From Fistulifera solaris (lineage: Eukaryota), in the NCBI GenBank assembly GCA_030295235.1, contig AP026138.1:310001-374000 (forward strand): a DNA stretch of 64,000 bases. The letters are read 5' to 3'. Both the position numbers and the translations under genes were made by a program. Positions 34,739 through 47,617 of this stretch are shown here, in pieces; position 1 is the first letter of the stretch, and the number at the start of each line of letters is the position of its first letter. The notes beneath the pieces are model-generated. The model searched no databases. It was not told the origin of the DNA and was given only the letters and a program-made list of their open reading frames with translations.

Positions 34739-37700
34739 GTCCTTTCCGTATTATCATCAATCGCCGCATTCGTATTTTCCTAACACGAACGAAACACGCT
34801 TCCGGGAAGATGGTTCTTCGACAATATTGCCGGTGAAGTTGACACCGGGACAATTGGTCGCACGCATCAAACAAGGTTGTGCGTTACTGTGGCAACAACA
34901 AGATCGACCTTTTGCCGTTTTGCCCACAAATACTCGCTCCAGTCGTCGTTTGGCACAACAGCAGCAACAGCCCGAAGAAGAAGAAACGAACGAAACGAAC
35001 GAATTGTGGAAAGTAGTACCGGGTGGGAAAATTGCGACCTATCTTCAAGAACATTTGATTCATCGGTGCGAGAATGGTCTAGTAGATGAAGTTGACGACG
35101 ATGATAATGGTGCAGAAGAAGACGAAGAAATTGATTTGTTGGCAAACAATCCGTATTTGAAACTGCCTTCGGAGGCTATTTTAGAGTGGCTGGGAAAGAA
35201 AACAGCCAAGCTATTGTCATCGAGCGATCTAGAGGATGCCATGATGGCATTCGTATACAACACGCCGAAAGGAAAGAAACAGCCCAAGCTTTCGAGTCTC
35301 GACCTGTATCAGGCGGCTCCCCAGTTAGATGATTCCTTGGCAAATCTCATTCCTCCCGCACTGTGGAAGTACATTTGTAAGTTGGAAGATGCACAAGCGC
35401 AAGACCATGACTGGCACGATGCCCGCTTGTCTTTGGTGAGTCAAGAAGACTTCGCCGCCGCGGACGCGGGACAGTTCAGTCGCCGTCCGTTTCAAGTCAA
35501 AGTGTTGTGGGCTCCCAAGGTAGCGACACGACGCAATGACCAGAATGCGGCGCAATGGGCCGATGCGCAAGAAGAAGCCAAGAACGCGCGAAACTGGGCC
35601 ACCTGGCGACATAAAGGAATTCATGGGGGCTACACCGTGTGGTCTTCTTGGTTGCAGGCGGTAGAGAAATGGCAAAGCGAAGAGGACAAAGGCAATGGCG
35701 AGGTGAACGGTACAGAGACTGTATCGGAACCAAGTGCGGATCGAATCCCTTCGGAAGGGGACACGGGGAAGACAGAAATGACCGACGAACAGATTGCCAA
35801 AGAACTAGAAGCTATGGCTGGAAGTCGACGATCGAGACGATCTGAAAAAGGCGGCGGAGGAGGCGTTTTTTACGGAACGCAATCGAACATGACTCCCAAA
35901 CAAGTCATGGATGCTCTCCTTCGCTTAGTCTCCCAAAGTAAATATCAAACAACAGCGTCATTGATTGCGGCCGTTCCGGATGAAAGCTCCGATCCTTTGC
36001 GGAGAATTCGAGGTGCTATTGGGAAACTTTTGTGGAAGCGCAACCAGCTGTCGAAACTGGAGGTCCAGGCGGAATGGACGGATGCACCCGCCTGGGAGTT
36101 GCTGAAAGAGGCCGGTCTGATCACGATCGACCCCGCCAAAATCATAGATGACAGCATCGATCCAAGCGAGGTTGCCGCATTAGTAAACTACATTCGCGAA
36201 CTGCATCGAACGGAGCTTCGTTTGCGAAAAATGTTGCTGGAGAATCTTACCGAGGTTCCCATCCCAGTAATTGCAACAGCGGCCGACGAGAAGGCGGGGT
36301 CCATGGAATCAATGGACGCCATGGATTTCGAAGAAGAATCTGCTGCATCTATTCAGTGGTTAGATTCAGGTCATGATTTGCTTAATAAACTCATTTTCCG
36401 TCCTCCAGTGTCTTCGCAGGTTGATACCATCGCGGCCTGCGAATGGTTTCGTATTGTGGATTTCGCTGAAGTCGTAGAATCCCCCCAAGTAGAAGACCCT
36501 TCGTTGCAGGAGCGGCCTCAAATCGACCTAGCAAAAGAAGCAAGGGTTGTGGAAAGACGCCGTCGATTTCGCGCAGAGTCAGTTGATGGTGGGTCGTTTT
36601 CTGAACGTTTGATTTTGACGGAGGGTCAGGTCCTAGCAGGGTTGAAAGCAGCGGATTTAGAAGAGAAAAGAAAGGCGGGAGACCCGTCATCTCCCTGACT
36701 ACAAAGGTCCTCGCACGAATCCTTTTGCGGGTTCTAAATATCCAGAAATTACTTTAGTCGCTCCGGAGAACTCCGCTGAGCAGAATATATCGGTGTTGTT
36801 GCTGCACACGACAGTAAGGTCGATGCAAATGGATGTCTAGAGCAACGAATTCTTGTTATTCCTGACGAAGGCACGGAATTTTGGGCAGCGCTTGTGTTTT
36901 CCGATAATGGGTCCATTATAGGCAGAATCGAAGGCGATGCAGCCAAACGCGATTACATGGTCCAGCAGTTTGAGTACCATACGGGCTCACAGGCATACGA
37001 AGAGTGCAGATCTATTGTAAAGTTTCTGGAACGCCATGTAAAGGCCGGTCCTTTCCTTGAACCAGTTGACCCAGTCGCGCTGAACATACCGACTTACTTT
37101 TCAGTCATCAAGCGCCCGATGGACATTTCGACTTTGTCTGCAAACCTCGAGTCGGGGAAATATTCAACGATCCCCCCGAACCAGGCCCGAGGTCGAACTT
37201 CAGTAGCGCGAATGCTCAACGGCCCTTTTCGTACAGACGTTGACCTTATATTTGACAATGCCGTAAGTTTTTTTTGTTTGCCTGCGTCGTGTGTACTCTT
37301 CAAATTGTCAATCTTACCATCCGGTTCTCTACCCCAGATGTTATTCAATCCTCCCGGAGACTGGATTCACCAAGAAGCCTCTGCCTTAAAGAAAGCCGTG
37401 ACAAGAAAATTTGATTTAGCCGTTAGTGCTGCAGAGAGTGGTGGTCGCACGCAACAAAGGCAAAGTGTCTATTCCGAATATGAGTCCGATGTTGACATGT
37501 ACGAGTACGAAAGCGACGCCGATGACGACTTTGTTGCCTCGGGAAGATCGCGGCGAAAGCGAAATCAATCGTCGGCGCAGGCGCCAGTGAAAGAAGACGC
37601 ATCGTCCCGAGCTGTTGAACGACCTGTACGCCTACAAAAGATTCTTTCGGAACAAGGAGTCCGTGGCTCTCTGGCAAACATGCCCATATCTACGGATGTC

Positions 37701-38479
37701 TCCACCTTTTCTCTACCACCGGGATGGAGCTGCAGAGCGCGAATGGACGAGGGAGCTGCAGAAACGCCCGAGACTCACCGGGATAGCAACGGACTGGATG
37801 AGATCATCGCATTGCATGCAGCCATCGAGGAACAAGAGGCTAGCAATGTTCGACGCTCGACCAGGACTCATCATGAGGATGATGCCCAAGAGAAGGGTAG
37901 CAACAAAAGTCGAAAGCTTGAGTTCTACGACATGAATTCGACCGGCTCGATTACCACCGTCAAAAATCGTTTGCAATTGGAGCTAGAATGTGAAAGAAAT
38001 CACGAAACTCGATATGCGAAGTTGTATCATAAGCTACTGAAATTTGTTGAATGTTCGGAAGTAGGCATGTACGCCGAAGGATCATTCCCACCGTACTTGG
38101 GAAGAGTGGTGCCTTCGTCGACGAACTACAATCTGAACGATGCCGGAAGTCTGCAATGGGAGATTCGAGAAACTTATCTTGTACCTGCGTTGCGTTGGGT
38201 TCTTCGTGGATTGATTCAATCGGAACACATCCATGAATATGAATCCGTCGAAACGGCCAAGGACTCAGGCACGATTCTTCCCAATCATGTATACTACTTG
38301 GATCCTCAGCTAGAGCCACTGGATGTAGTAGACAGCAAAGAACTGACCCGCCGAAAGCGTGCTAATGCTGCCGCCGAGGAAAGCAGCGACGAAGATGTCG
38401 AATTGTCGGCGTACGAAAAATGCGCGCCGAACGAGTGTCACGAAACGCGGAGCGTCTCAAGGCACTGGGTTTGGCGTAA
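34263..38479 (+). CDS. Large bromodomain-containing chromatin protein
   Basis: GPFLEPVDPVALNIPTYFSVIKRPMDISTL...DLIFDNA|MLFNPP bromodomain. Frameshifts at ~36695 and ~38418; intron ~37263-37337; repaired end LSAYEKMRAERVSRNAERLKALGLA*. Confidence 0.8.
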
Positions 38480-38559
38480 ATGCTGGGGAACTGAAAGGAA
38501 ATGATACAAAATAACAGGATAGATGCAATTAGCCAGAAGATTACTTTTTTCCGTACCGA

Positions 38560-38858
38560 TTAGCCGTTTCCTGCCGCACTGATTCTTGGGATATCGTTGT
38601 GTTCCGTCAAATTGGAAAGTTTTGAGTTAAACTCTTCCACTCGTTCACGATGACTCTTCGAAGCCACCTTTTCAATTCTTCCAGTTCTCTCTTTTCTTTT
38701 CGTTTCTTGGCAGCCTTTTCCGCTTCTGTTAGATCGGGTTCCTTGTGAGCTTTCAACTCATGTTTCACGGATGCTTCGTCTTTTTTGTGTGCCTTCTTTT
38801 TCTTCTTCTTCTTGTCGCCCTTGAACGCCAAAGTCCCTCGCTTAAATTCCGGATCCAT
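38560..38858 (-). CDS. FAM32A: FAM32A-like spliceosomal protein
   Basis: GTLAFKGDKKKKKK, LTEAEK. After repairing the A-run at ~38670: KVASKSHRERVEEFNSKLSNLTEHNDIPRISAAGNG*. Confidence 0.85.
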
Positions 38859-39379
38859 CGGGTCCAAACTACCTGAAACGCTTTTCTTGTTCAGCTTCTG
38901 ACGTTTTCAATATCGATAAACAACAGGATAACAATAACGAAAAAAGCAAACTTCTTGTCAGTTTGTCGCGTGTATTCGGTCGCTTGCGGCCGCTCCGGAG
39001 TATACGCTTTACTGTACATGGTGGTCAAGATTTTGGTAGTGTCGAAAAGCCACAAATTTTCTGCATCAGTAAATTATTACTAATTGAACTACAATAAGGC
39101 TAGAATTAGGACCAAGTCGAATGTACTCTATACCGTAAACCTTATAAAAAGGGATGACTCTTTGTGGTCAAGAAGTTGGTAGTAAAATGTTGAACGCCGG
39201 ATCATGAGCCGGTTTTGTGGTTGCGCTGTCTGGTGCAACAAGAACAAGACAACCTGATATAACAAGGTACAGCACGGCGATGATATTGTGAGTTGTGAAA
39301 GTGGATGAGGCAATCAAGGAACAAGAAAACAAAGCCCCAAGGTCACGAATTACGATATTGACTAGGATCGAATGTTGTC

Positions 39380-40891
39380 ATGCCCCGCCGATTATTCCTT
39401 GTCACGATTCTTACAGCTGTCGCATCCTTTGCATGGTCCTACGCCCCATTTTCTCCTCGATCGTCTTCGTCCATCTTTTCATTACATGCCACAAGTCAAC
39501 TTTGTGACAAAACCAGCCTCGCACAAGACCATTTGCTATGTTCCATCCGAAATACTTTGCAATTAGACAAAGTCGACTGGAAAGAACGTCAAACGGCCAT
39601 CATGAATCGGATTGCCCAACAAATACAAGAGGATTTTGATGCGTCAAATCTTGTCAAGGAAGACAAACAGCTAGCGTCATCCACACTCGTCCATCCACCA
39701 GATTTTGAATGGGTTCATACCACCGAGCCACGATATCGTCTCGCAGCCCGATCATTGCAGCCTATCATGGACTACACGGATGTAACGACATTACGGAACG
39801 AAGCCGAATCCGCATGGTGCACGGGACAAACATCGCGCTTTACGTATCAACGTCCGGGAAATTACGAAGTCCATGTGACGGATCTTTCGACAAACGCACG
39901 AGAAATAGTCAACGTTTGCTTGCGAAACTGCATTTATCCCTGGATCCAAAACGCCTTTGGTCCTTTTGGTGAAAGATTGCACGTCTATGATGCTTTAATT
40001 ATCCGATACAATGCGACGGAAGCTATGCAGTCCGGTGCTGCTGTAGGAGCGGGGCAACCGTTGCACCGGGATCTGGGGTTAGTGAGCATCAACATCATGC
40101 TGAATGAAGATTTTGTCGGAGGTGGGACGTTTTTCGAAAATCAATTGGGGAACGAGGATTCTTTTCAGCCTGTAAAACCGTTGGGGGTCGGCCAAGCCAT
40201 CGCACACTATTCTTCGGAACGACATGCGGGCAGTGCTACGTTTCAAGGAGTTCGGGATATTCTCGTCATTTTCGTATCGGGCAATGAAGCTGCTGTCAAG
40301 ACTGCCATGATAAAGCAATGCCGATCGATCTGTGAAGCTGAAAATGTTGATGATGCAGTTGGTGGATCTATTTGCCGGATTTGTCATCAGATGATGGCTG
40401 TCGAACTAAGTCCCCACGACGGTGAAGCTTGGCAATATTTAGGAAGTGCTTTAATGGATTTCTCCAAAATCTCGTCTGGTGAAGCATCGCAGGAAGTGCT
40501 ATTGCAATGCGCATTGGCATGTTTCGAAAATGCTATTCAGTTTGCGCCCTGTGACTCCCGTATTTACAACAACTTGGGGCTTCTAAATGTTCGGCTGGCC
40601 AACGCTGCATCTTCGGAAGATGTACGAAATGAATATTTAACGAAAGCGGAGCAGGCGTACCAAAAAGGATGGGAACTGTTGACCAAATCCGAGAGTGTTG
40701 GCTGCGATGTCACTGAAGATTTCGATTCTCTCACATTGAACTTTGGCTTGCTTGTAGCAAATCAAGATCGGTTTGTTGACGCATGCTCTATCCTACAACG
40801 ATTTGTTTCTAGAGTAGAGGGGCGATCCGATAGCCGGATTGTCAATGACGCCTACATGCTTCATTCGTTTTGTCAGGAAAACGTCACTTGA
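39380..40891 (+). CDS. 2OG-Fe(II) oxygenase (prolyl/lysyl hydroxylase-like) fused to TPR repeats, with targeting presequence
   Basis: IIRYNA, LHRD, SINIMLN..FVGGGTFF, RHAG, GVRDILVIF; TPRs DGEAWQYLG and DSRIYNNLG; N-terminus MPRRLFLVTILTAVASFA. Confidence 0.8.
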   Translation: MPRRLFLVTILTAVASFAWSYAPFSPRSSSSIFSLHATSQLCDKTSLAQDHLLCSIRNTLQLDKVDWKERQTAIMNRIAQQIQEDFDASNLVKEDKQLASSTLVHPPDFEWVHTTEPRYRLAARSLQPIMDYTDVTTLRNEAESAWCTGQTSRFTYQRPGNYEVHVTDLSTNAREIVNVCLRNCIYPWIQNAFGPFGERLHVYDALIIRYNATEAMQSGAAVGAGQPLHRDLGLVSINIMLNEDFVGGGTFFENQLGNEDSFQPVKPLGVGQAIAHYSSERHAGSATFQGVRDILVIFVSGNEAAVKTAMIKQCRSICEAENVDDAVGGSICRICHQMMAVELSPHDGEAWQYLGSALMDFSKISSGEASQEVLLQCALACFENAIQFAPCDSRIYNNLGLLNVRLANAASSEDVRNEYLTKAEQAYQKGWELLTKSESVGCDVTEDFDSLTLNFGLLVANQDRFVDACSILQRFVSRVEGRSDSRIVNDAYMLHSFCQENVT

Positions 40892-41272
40892 TGGTACTTC
40901 CATGGCTTCTCGATCGATGATGTTCTTGAAAGGAGACAAGACATCGTTGTTAGCAACCTATCAAAGCTTTCGAAGCCTCTGCTGTCTTACGAAAATCTTA
41001 GACACGAACACTTTGATTGACGGAATGGAAGTGCAAGTTCATTACATCAAACTTCGCAATAAACTACACACCTTATTGGCTTCGAAGTTGGACGGCACAA
41101 GTCTCACCTGTACCGCATGACGCGATTCTCCCTTAACGCCAGTTGAACTATCGTTACCCAGTCGCCTTTAGTCTTTGAGAGCGTCGTCAATGCTGTTTAA
41201 CGTCGTCGAATTCGAGGTCAAAATATGATGAGGGAGGAGTCCATGTGGGACAAAGTGGGTTCCGACTTTTGC

Positions 41273-41288
41273 CTCTCTCTCTCTCTCT
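41273..41288. repeat. (CT)8 microsatellite
   Basis: Direct reading of the sequence. Confidence 0.8.
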
Positions 41289-41959
41289 GCGGTCTTCGGT
41301 GTTCCTTACATTCTCGGAATAATTCGTAGTGCGAGCGAAGTAGTCGAAGCTTTTTGTTTTTTGTTCTTTCACTGTAAGGTGACTACGTAGTACAGTAAAC
41401 AGTAATGGACAAGTCAGTTCGTGGTTCAAGTTCGACAGTCTATGTCATGTCTATAGTCTATACTCATTCACTAGATAGTACAGATTTGCGGACGCTCGAG
41501 GGACTAAGTTCTACTTTCCTAGTTGATAGTATGCTTTGCTCCACTTTTCTTTTATTGTACTCTTTCACTCTTCAATCAACTAAGAAATCACGTCATCGTT
41601 TCTTCACTACGATCGACTGGTACATTTTTCATCATAATAGCAAGTACCGCCTCTCCGCTTTCATTCTCTGATCGTGAATTGCCGAACTAGAGGCAATTAC
41701 TCCTAAAATGTCTTAGGAACATTAGAGAACAGCAAAGATAGGTGATTTCGCGAAAAATTGTTGCGGGCTAGAACACGGAGCTCGGAGCAGTGACCTCCGA
41801 ACTCCGAACATCTGTGCCCCACTCCACTCCTCTTTCCCTCGTTAACAAAAAACTCGTCCGGCTTGCGAGCTCCACCAGCCGCACAGGCCCCTTCTTTGCG
41901 AGCCAACAAGCCTTGTCGTTCATCGCGACAAAGAGAATAGGAATTCAATATAAGAGAAT

Positions 41960-43961
41960 ATGGTGTTATCGTTAAAGACAGAGATAACAATGATCCGGAA
42001 TGAAGCAGATGTTGTAGTGAACAAGAAAGCAGCGGACGGTTCTCTGGATCAAACGAAAAAATGTTACAGTCGACAGGACCTGGAGGCTTTTAACCTCCTC
42101 AATCACCCGGTTTGGGTCTTTGACATACAAAACAAAGCCATGTGGTGGGCCAATACATCGGCTCTCAAGACGGTATGGAGCGCGGAATCACTGGAGGCGC
42201 TCTTAGAACGAAATTTTAGCGACATGTCCGCGGCGACCGAACGTCGGCTGCTCGACTATTTAGATCGCTTCGAGAAAGGAGAGCAAATCACCGACTCGTG
42301 GACGTTTTATCCCAAAGGAGGAGGCCCGTGCACCGTTTATTGCACCATGAGCGGCATGTATGTGGAAGATGGCCGTATGGTGATGCTGAATGAAGCCGAA
42401 CTGCGCACGACGACGGAAACCATCGACAAGGGCGCCGTGCGCGACACCGAGTTGTTGCGTCATTTGCCGGTTCCAGTCGGACAATTCAATGCCAAAGGCA
42501 AAGTCATGGAACAAAATCCGGAAGCACTCCATGTGTTTGGTGGAAACAAATATTGCGACGGGTCGTGTGAACTCGCGGGCAAAGATCGAAACCCGGGCTG
42601 CAGTTTAATCGATCGATTTGTCGACAAGGAAGAGGGGAGACGGAATTGATTACTCGAATGAAATAGAGCAATACACCAAAACAGGCGTGCGCTGGTTTGC
42701 AGTGCAGATGAGGAGAGCCAAAGATCCTCTCACGGGAGAGCCGGTTGTTTTGTACAGTGCCCGCGACATCACGGCTCAAGTGGAAGCGAACAATAATGCC
42801 ATGGCGAGCGCGTTGGCGAAGAAAGAAGCCGATGAAGCAAATATGGCAAAATCTGAATTCGTTGCCGTAATGGGCCATGAAATGCGCACACCGCTCCATC
42901 ACGTCCTTGGTTTTCTCGAATTGATCAAAGGGACGGAGCTAAGCCCCAAACAGGAAGAATATCTGGGACTTGCCGAGACGTCAGCATCCGCACTTATGGG
43001 AGTGGTGAATGATCTACTAGACTTTACTAAACTGGAAGCAGGAAAAATGCCCATGGAGCGACTGAGCACCAACATATGCGATGTGGCAACAGCATCAGTG
43101 AAAGTACTCGAATCCCAAGTGGCAGAGAAAGGCCTGAAACTCAATACCTGCATTGACAATAATATACCTCTTGTCATTGCCGATCCCGTTCGCATTCGAC
43201 AAGTGTTGTTCAACTTTCTTGGAAATGCTCTCAAATTTACCAGTGAGGGGGAGATAACATTATCCGTTCGAAGATTACCCAACGACGAAAATGACCGCGT
43301 TGTAATTAACTTTTCGGTCCAAGATACTGGAATAGGAATTGATCCCGAACAGCAAAGCAGAATTTTCAGCAAATACCAACAAGCGAATCCTTCCATTGCA
43401 CGCAATTACGGTGGTACTGGTTTAGGATTGGCAATTTGCAAAGTCATCGTTGAAACACTCGGGGGAACGATCGGTCTCGAAAGTGACACTGGACGTGGTA
43501 GCCGCTTCTGGTTCCAAATATCGTTCGACCAAGCCCCTTGTGTAACAGAACACGTAAACAGTACCAGCGAGAACGAGGAATACGCTTCGTTGCATGTATT
43601 AGTTGCGGAAGACAACAAAGTGAACCAAAAGTTGATGGCTTCGTTCCTGAGACGCCTGGGTCACACTTTTACGATTGTCGAGAACGGGCTTCTCGCTGTC
43701 GAGGCCATCGAACAAGAGAAGTATGATTTGATTTTGATGGACATTCAAATGCCAGTCATGGATGGCCTAGATGCAACGCAACAGATACGGAAAAATGGTT
43801 GGTCCATGGAAGCGCTTCCGATTTTGGGTTTGACCGCCGAGTTTCACACCAAAAATCATGAAAAGTTTCTCGCCATCGGCATGAACGACTGCGTCGGTAA
43901 ACCCATCCGGCTGGACAATCTGAAGAACTATCTTCAAGTGAAAGGAAAGAATCCGGCATGA
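41960..43961 (+). CDS. Hybrid sensor histidine kinase (PAS-PAS-HisKA-HATPase-REC)
   Basis: MGHEMRTPL H-box, NFLGNALKFT, DTGIGI, YGGTGLGLAI, VAEDNKVNQ, ILMDIQMPVMDG, GKPI. Frameshift at ~42635. Confidence 0.92.
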
Positions 43962-44552
43962 ACAACATCTTGATCTGGTTCAACATTGATTTCAGAACAA
44001 GTAGTCCAACTTTCCTACGACTCGGTCGAGCCTATTATTTGATATGGCACATCCCACTTTGGTTGATCATCAGGTCGGCTTTATTCGCACGAAACGGAGT
44101 TCTGACACACAACCATGACTTTCAGCACAATGCTTTAGTCGCTGCGAAGAAGACGCAATTCTGCCCTCAAATGAAATTCCATTTTCGGTAACAAGAAGTA
44201 TAATAAAGGACTGGGAAGGTAAACAATAGATACTTGTACCTAGAGGGTAGCTAAATATTTCCCCAACAGCAGTAATTAACTTCTCCAAAATTGTAGAAAC
44301 TCCTAACTTGTACGGAGTAGTTTCTTATCAGCAACAGCCATCACTAACAGGCACCGCACGTTTTATTGATACCTTTCTATCCGTGACTCGCAACTCAGGA
44401 TTAAAATTGCGCGTCAACTTTGATTGATGTGCGGGTCGGGGCTTCGCGTTATTGCCGCAAAGAATTCATTCTTCGACCACAACGGCTGTCACCGAAGATT
44501 CAAACAAGGGGATGTTCATTTATTTTCAACCCAAAGAATATAAGCCGTGGCC

Positions 44553-45795
44553 ATGATACCACCCCATGAATGGCCCGATGAAGTCGTACAACAGTATGAA
44601 GCCATTCGACCCGTGGGAAAGGGAGGTTTTGCGTCGGTCGTCTTGGCAAAACACAAAGATACGGGTCACAAAGTCGCGATGAAAATTGTGGTGTCAACGA
44701 ACCGACAACAAATGGGATATTGCCATCGCGAACTAGATATTTTGAAAGAACTGCATCATCCGAATATTATGAAATTATTGGATCACTGGCAGCCGAACGA
44801 GAACTGTGCCGTGATGGCTCTCAGCTATTCTCCCGGTCCTACTCTGTTGCAATTGCTTCGCCATCGAGGAGCCTTGAATTTTGTCTTTGCTCGCGTGGTC
44901 ATAGCGCAACTCGTCGACGCCGTCTTGTATCTTCACTCGCGTGCTGTTGTTCATCGTGACATTAAACCGGATAACCTCATCGTCAGAGGGGCGTCTCTCG
45001 AACAAAACGAAATATGGGATAATTCGGAAAGCGAGCCAGATTACAAAGTGCTAGTCAAAAATGGCACTTAACACTGATTGATTTTGGATTCGCGCGTGCA
45101 CTCACTCCCGAAGATATCAAAAGAAGCCGCCGAAAGAAGATATTGCTCAACTCGATCTCGACGCTTCCTTTCGACGAAAGAAAAAACCATTATTATCGAA
45201 CTCGGATCCCGACATTTCGGTAGGATCGACGCGATCCATGTCCAGTGACTTGAATCGATCACGACATTTGATGCGGAAAATGAGCGCTCTTGGGAACCGA
45301 GCATTTGCTGCTCCAGAAATAACCGATCGGATCCAGGATCAAGATTTGAGTCAACACGAAGTCTACCATGCGACCAACACACTCTCGAGTCATGTTTCGT
45401 ACTACGGTCTGCAAGTCGACGCCTATGCGGTAGGACGCACCATGATGTACTGCTTGACCGGTGCATCACCGAACGAAGACGTCAACGAACTGATTGCCCT
45501 CGACAATCAGCCTCTTTTCGTCATTTGTCGTATGCTGGGATGTTGCCGCACAAATAATGAACAATCGGTTCGGTATCGACGCGTGAGTCAAATACCCGAT
45601 GAACCGTTGCATTTGATGAAGGGGTTGCTGTTGGTAGACCCGCAGCAGCGCAAAACACTCCGAATGGCTCGTCAATTGCCATACATTGACAACGTTTTGC
45701 AGCATTTTGATCGCCCCGACGTGAAAAAAGAAATTGAATATCTTTCCTTTGTAAAAATACATCCCACCGAAGCCGCTCATGGCAATCACAACTGA
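44553..45795 (+). CDS. Ser/Thr protein kinase
   Basis: GKGGFASV, VAMK, HRDIKPDN, repaired LIDFGFA, GNRAFAAPE, VDAYAVG. Frameshifts in A-runs at ~45058 and ~45183. Confidence 0.88.
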
Positions 45796-46497
45796 GAGAT
45801 TGCCAGCTAGATGCTGTGTACTTGTCTGCCTTCAAGGTCGAGTAGCCCGGTCTTGGACGATTTCTATGCTCGAATGTAATTTATTTGTTAAGTTTAGTCT
45901 AAAGCAGCCTAAAGCTGGAAGTATAAAAAGTTTCTTCCCAAAATCCTTAGTATAGACAGTCTAAAGCTATTGAATACTTCGTAACTAGCTGCATAATTCA
46001 GGAATGAATCTTGATAATTTTACTATCGTCCCAAAGTGTATACGACCTTTTGTCGTGACTCGATTGCAGTCGTGAGTCATGATTGCGTTTTATTTGTGTG
46101 CGTTTGGATTTCTCGCATCAACAAAAATGGTATCATATTTTTTCCCTTATAAAAGAATCCCTGAACTGCTTTACTACGCAGTCCTAACTTCAAAGGCAGT
46201 CAACGTCATGTCGATTTCATGGAAATCACGACCCTTCGTTTCGTACTGTAAGGTTATACAGTAATATTATTAGGTATTCCGTCGCCCTTAACCTGAACCC
46301 TCGTTTGCCACGACAAATCCGATCGCCAAACGCCGCATCAAATCATCCTCTGCCTCCGGAAAAGTAGACCATGGAGACGAACAAAGGCCGCACTTCCCAG
46401 TCACCCCGCTTCTCGACACAACAAGAAGCAACACTAGCTCCTCTTACGGCTTGTTAGCTAGTTGACTACAGTTGAGCTCAGCAAATCGCATACAAGG

Positions 46498-47608
46498 ATG
46501 AAAAATAGATCGCTATCCTGCATCCGAAAGTTGGGGGCGCTTTGGCCGTTCCTTTCCTTTTCCTATTCTGCACATGCCGGGCCAGAGTTCCGTGGCAAAA
46601 ATCGTCGGTGAAAGATGCACTGCTGTTTGAGGATCTTCCTCCCACGGTCTTTGCGCCGGGTGGACGATTGTATTCCGTGGAAAAGTGATGCGCGCCGTCC
46701 ACGACCCTTCCAATTCTGGCAGTAATGTGGTGGTCGCCGTGTGCTACAAGGGGGGAGTGGTGATTGTGACGACGCTTCCGCAATCTCCTTACTTGTTCGT
46801 CGATGCGTCTTCCGAAAGTCTCAATCAGACGAATGTGACGCAGAGCGCCGAGAATGAAACCAGCACTCTGTTACACGATCCTAGCGAGAATGAAACCAGC
46901 ACTTTGTTACACGATCCGAGCAATCATCTGTATCATCCTTGTCCGTGGGTGCAACTCGATCGTCGTATTTGGGGTGTCACGGCGGGGCCCGTAGTGGATG
47001 GACAGATTTTACGGCAGCGCATGATGTTGGCGGCCCAGCAAACACGGGAAGCGCGCGGAAATGTCCAAGCTTCGTCTCTCGCACGCAGTCTGGCCGATGC
47101 GTGTCAGATTCAATCGCAAAAAGCCACCGAAGGCAACTTGCTGGCTTGTTCGGGTTTAGTAGTACAAGAGAATGAGCTGTGGCGCGTGGACCCGAATGGT
47201 CAATTTTGGAAATGTCATGCTACAGTGCTCGGCCGTGGTGCTACAGTGCGATCGGAAACAATGCTTCTCCACTTGTTGGCTGGTAAGAGCACCTTCGTGA
47301 ATACGACAGACAACGAGCCGAACCGAACTTGGACCCGAGTGGAAATCCAGGAGGTGTTTGACCAAATAACAGAGGACGATGCCTTGGCAGCTGCTACAGA
47401 AACCTTACTACATGGTCTCTTCCCGAAAATGCCAAATACAGCCCATAGTGACAAAGAGAAGAACAAGGCAAAAGATACGACACTAGTTGGATTGGTCATA
47501 GGCAGGTCGAAAGCTCGGTTTTTCTCGCATAAGGAGCTCCTTGCAAATATGGAGCATTCGTATGATAGGTATCTTGAGCTCACGAATAAAGTAGAAGGAG
47601 TTTCCTAA
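46498..47608 (+). CDS. Divergent 20S proteasome alpha-like protein with predicted signal peptide
   Basis: Repaired N-terminus ...ALAVPFLFLFCTCRA-RVPWQK...PTVFAPGGRLYSVEKVMRAV (alpha-subunit TxFSPxGRLxQVE motif); VAVCYKGGVV, GPVVDGQIL, LWRVDPNGQFWKCHATVLGRG. Two frameshifts (~46535, ~46683). Confidence 0.7.
46849..46920 (+). repeat. 36-bp in-frame tandem duplication (ENETSTLLHDPS x2)
   Basis: Two 36-nt copies differing at two synonymous positions. Confidence 0.9.
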
Positions 47609-47617
47609 TCCTGAGAT

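Noticed and set aside
34708..34740. (TCA)n repeat
   Set aside because: An ordinary coding poly-Ser microsatellite.
28273..43961. Bacterial contamination or recent HGT island (RSH, histidine kinase)
   Set aside because: These genes are interleaved with intron-containing eukaryotic genes, RSH has a plastid presequence, and there is no visible compositional break.
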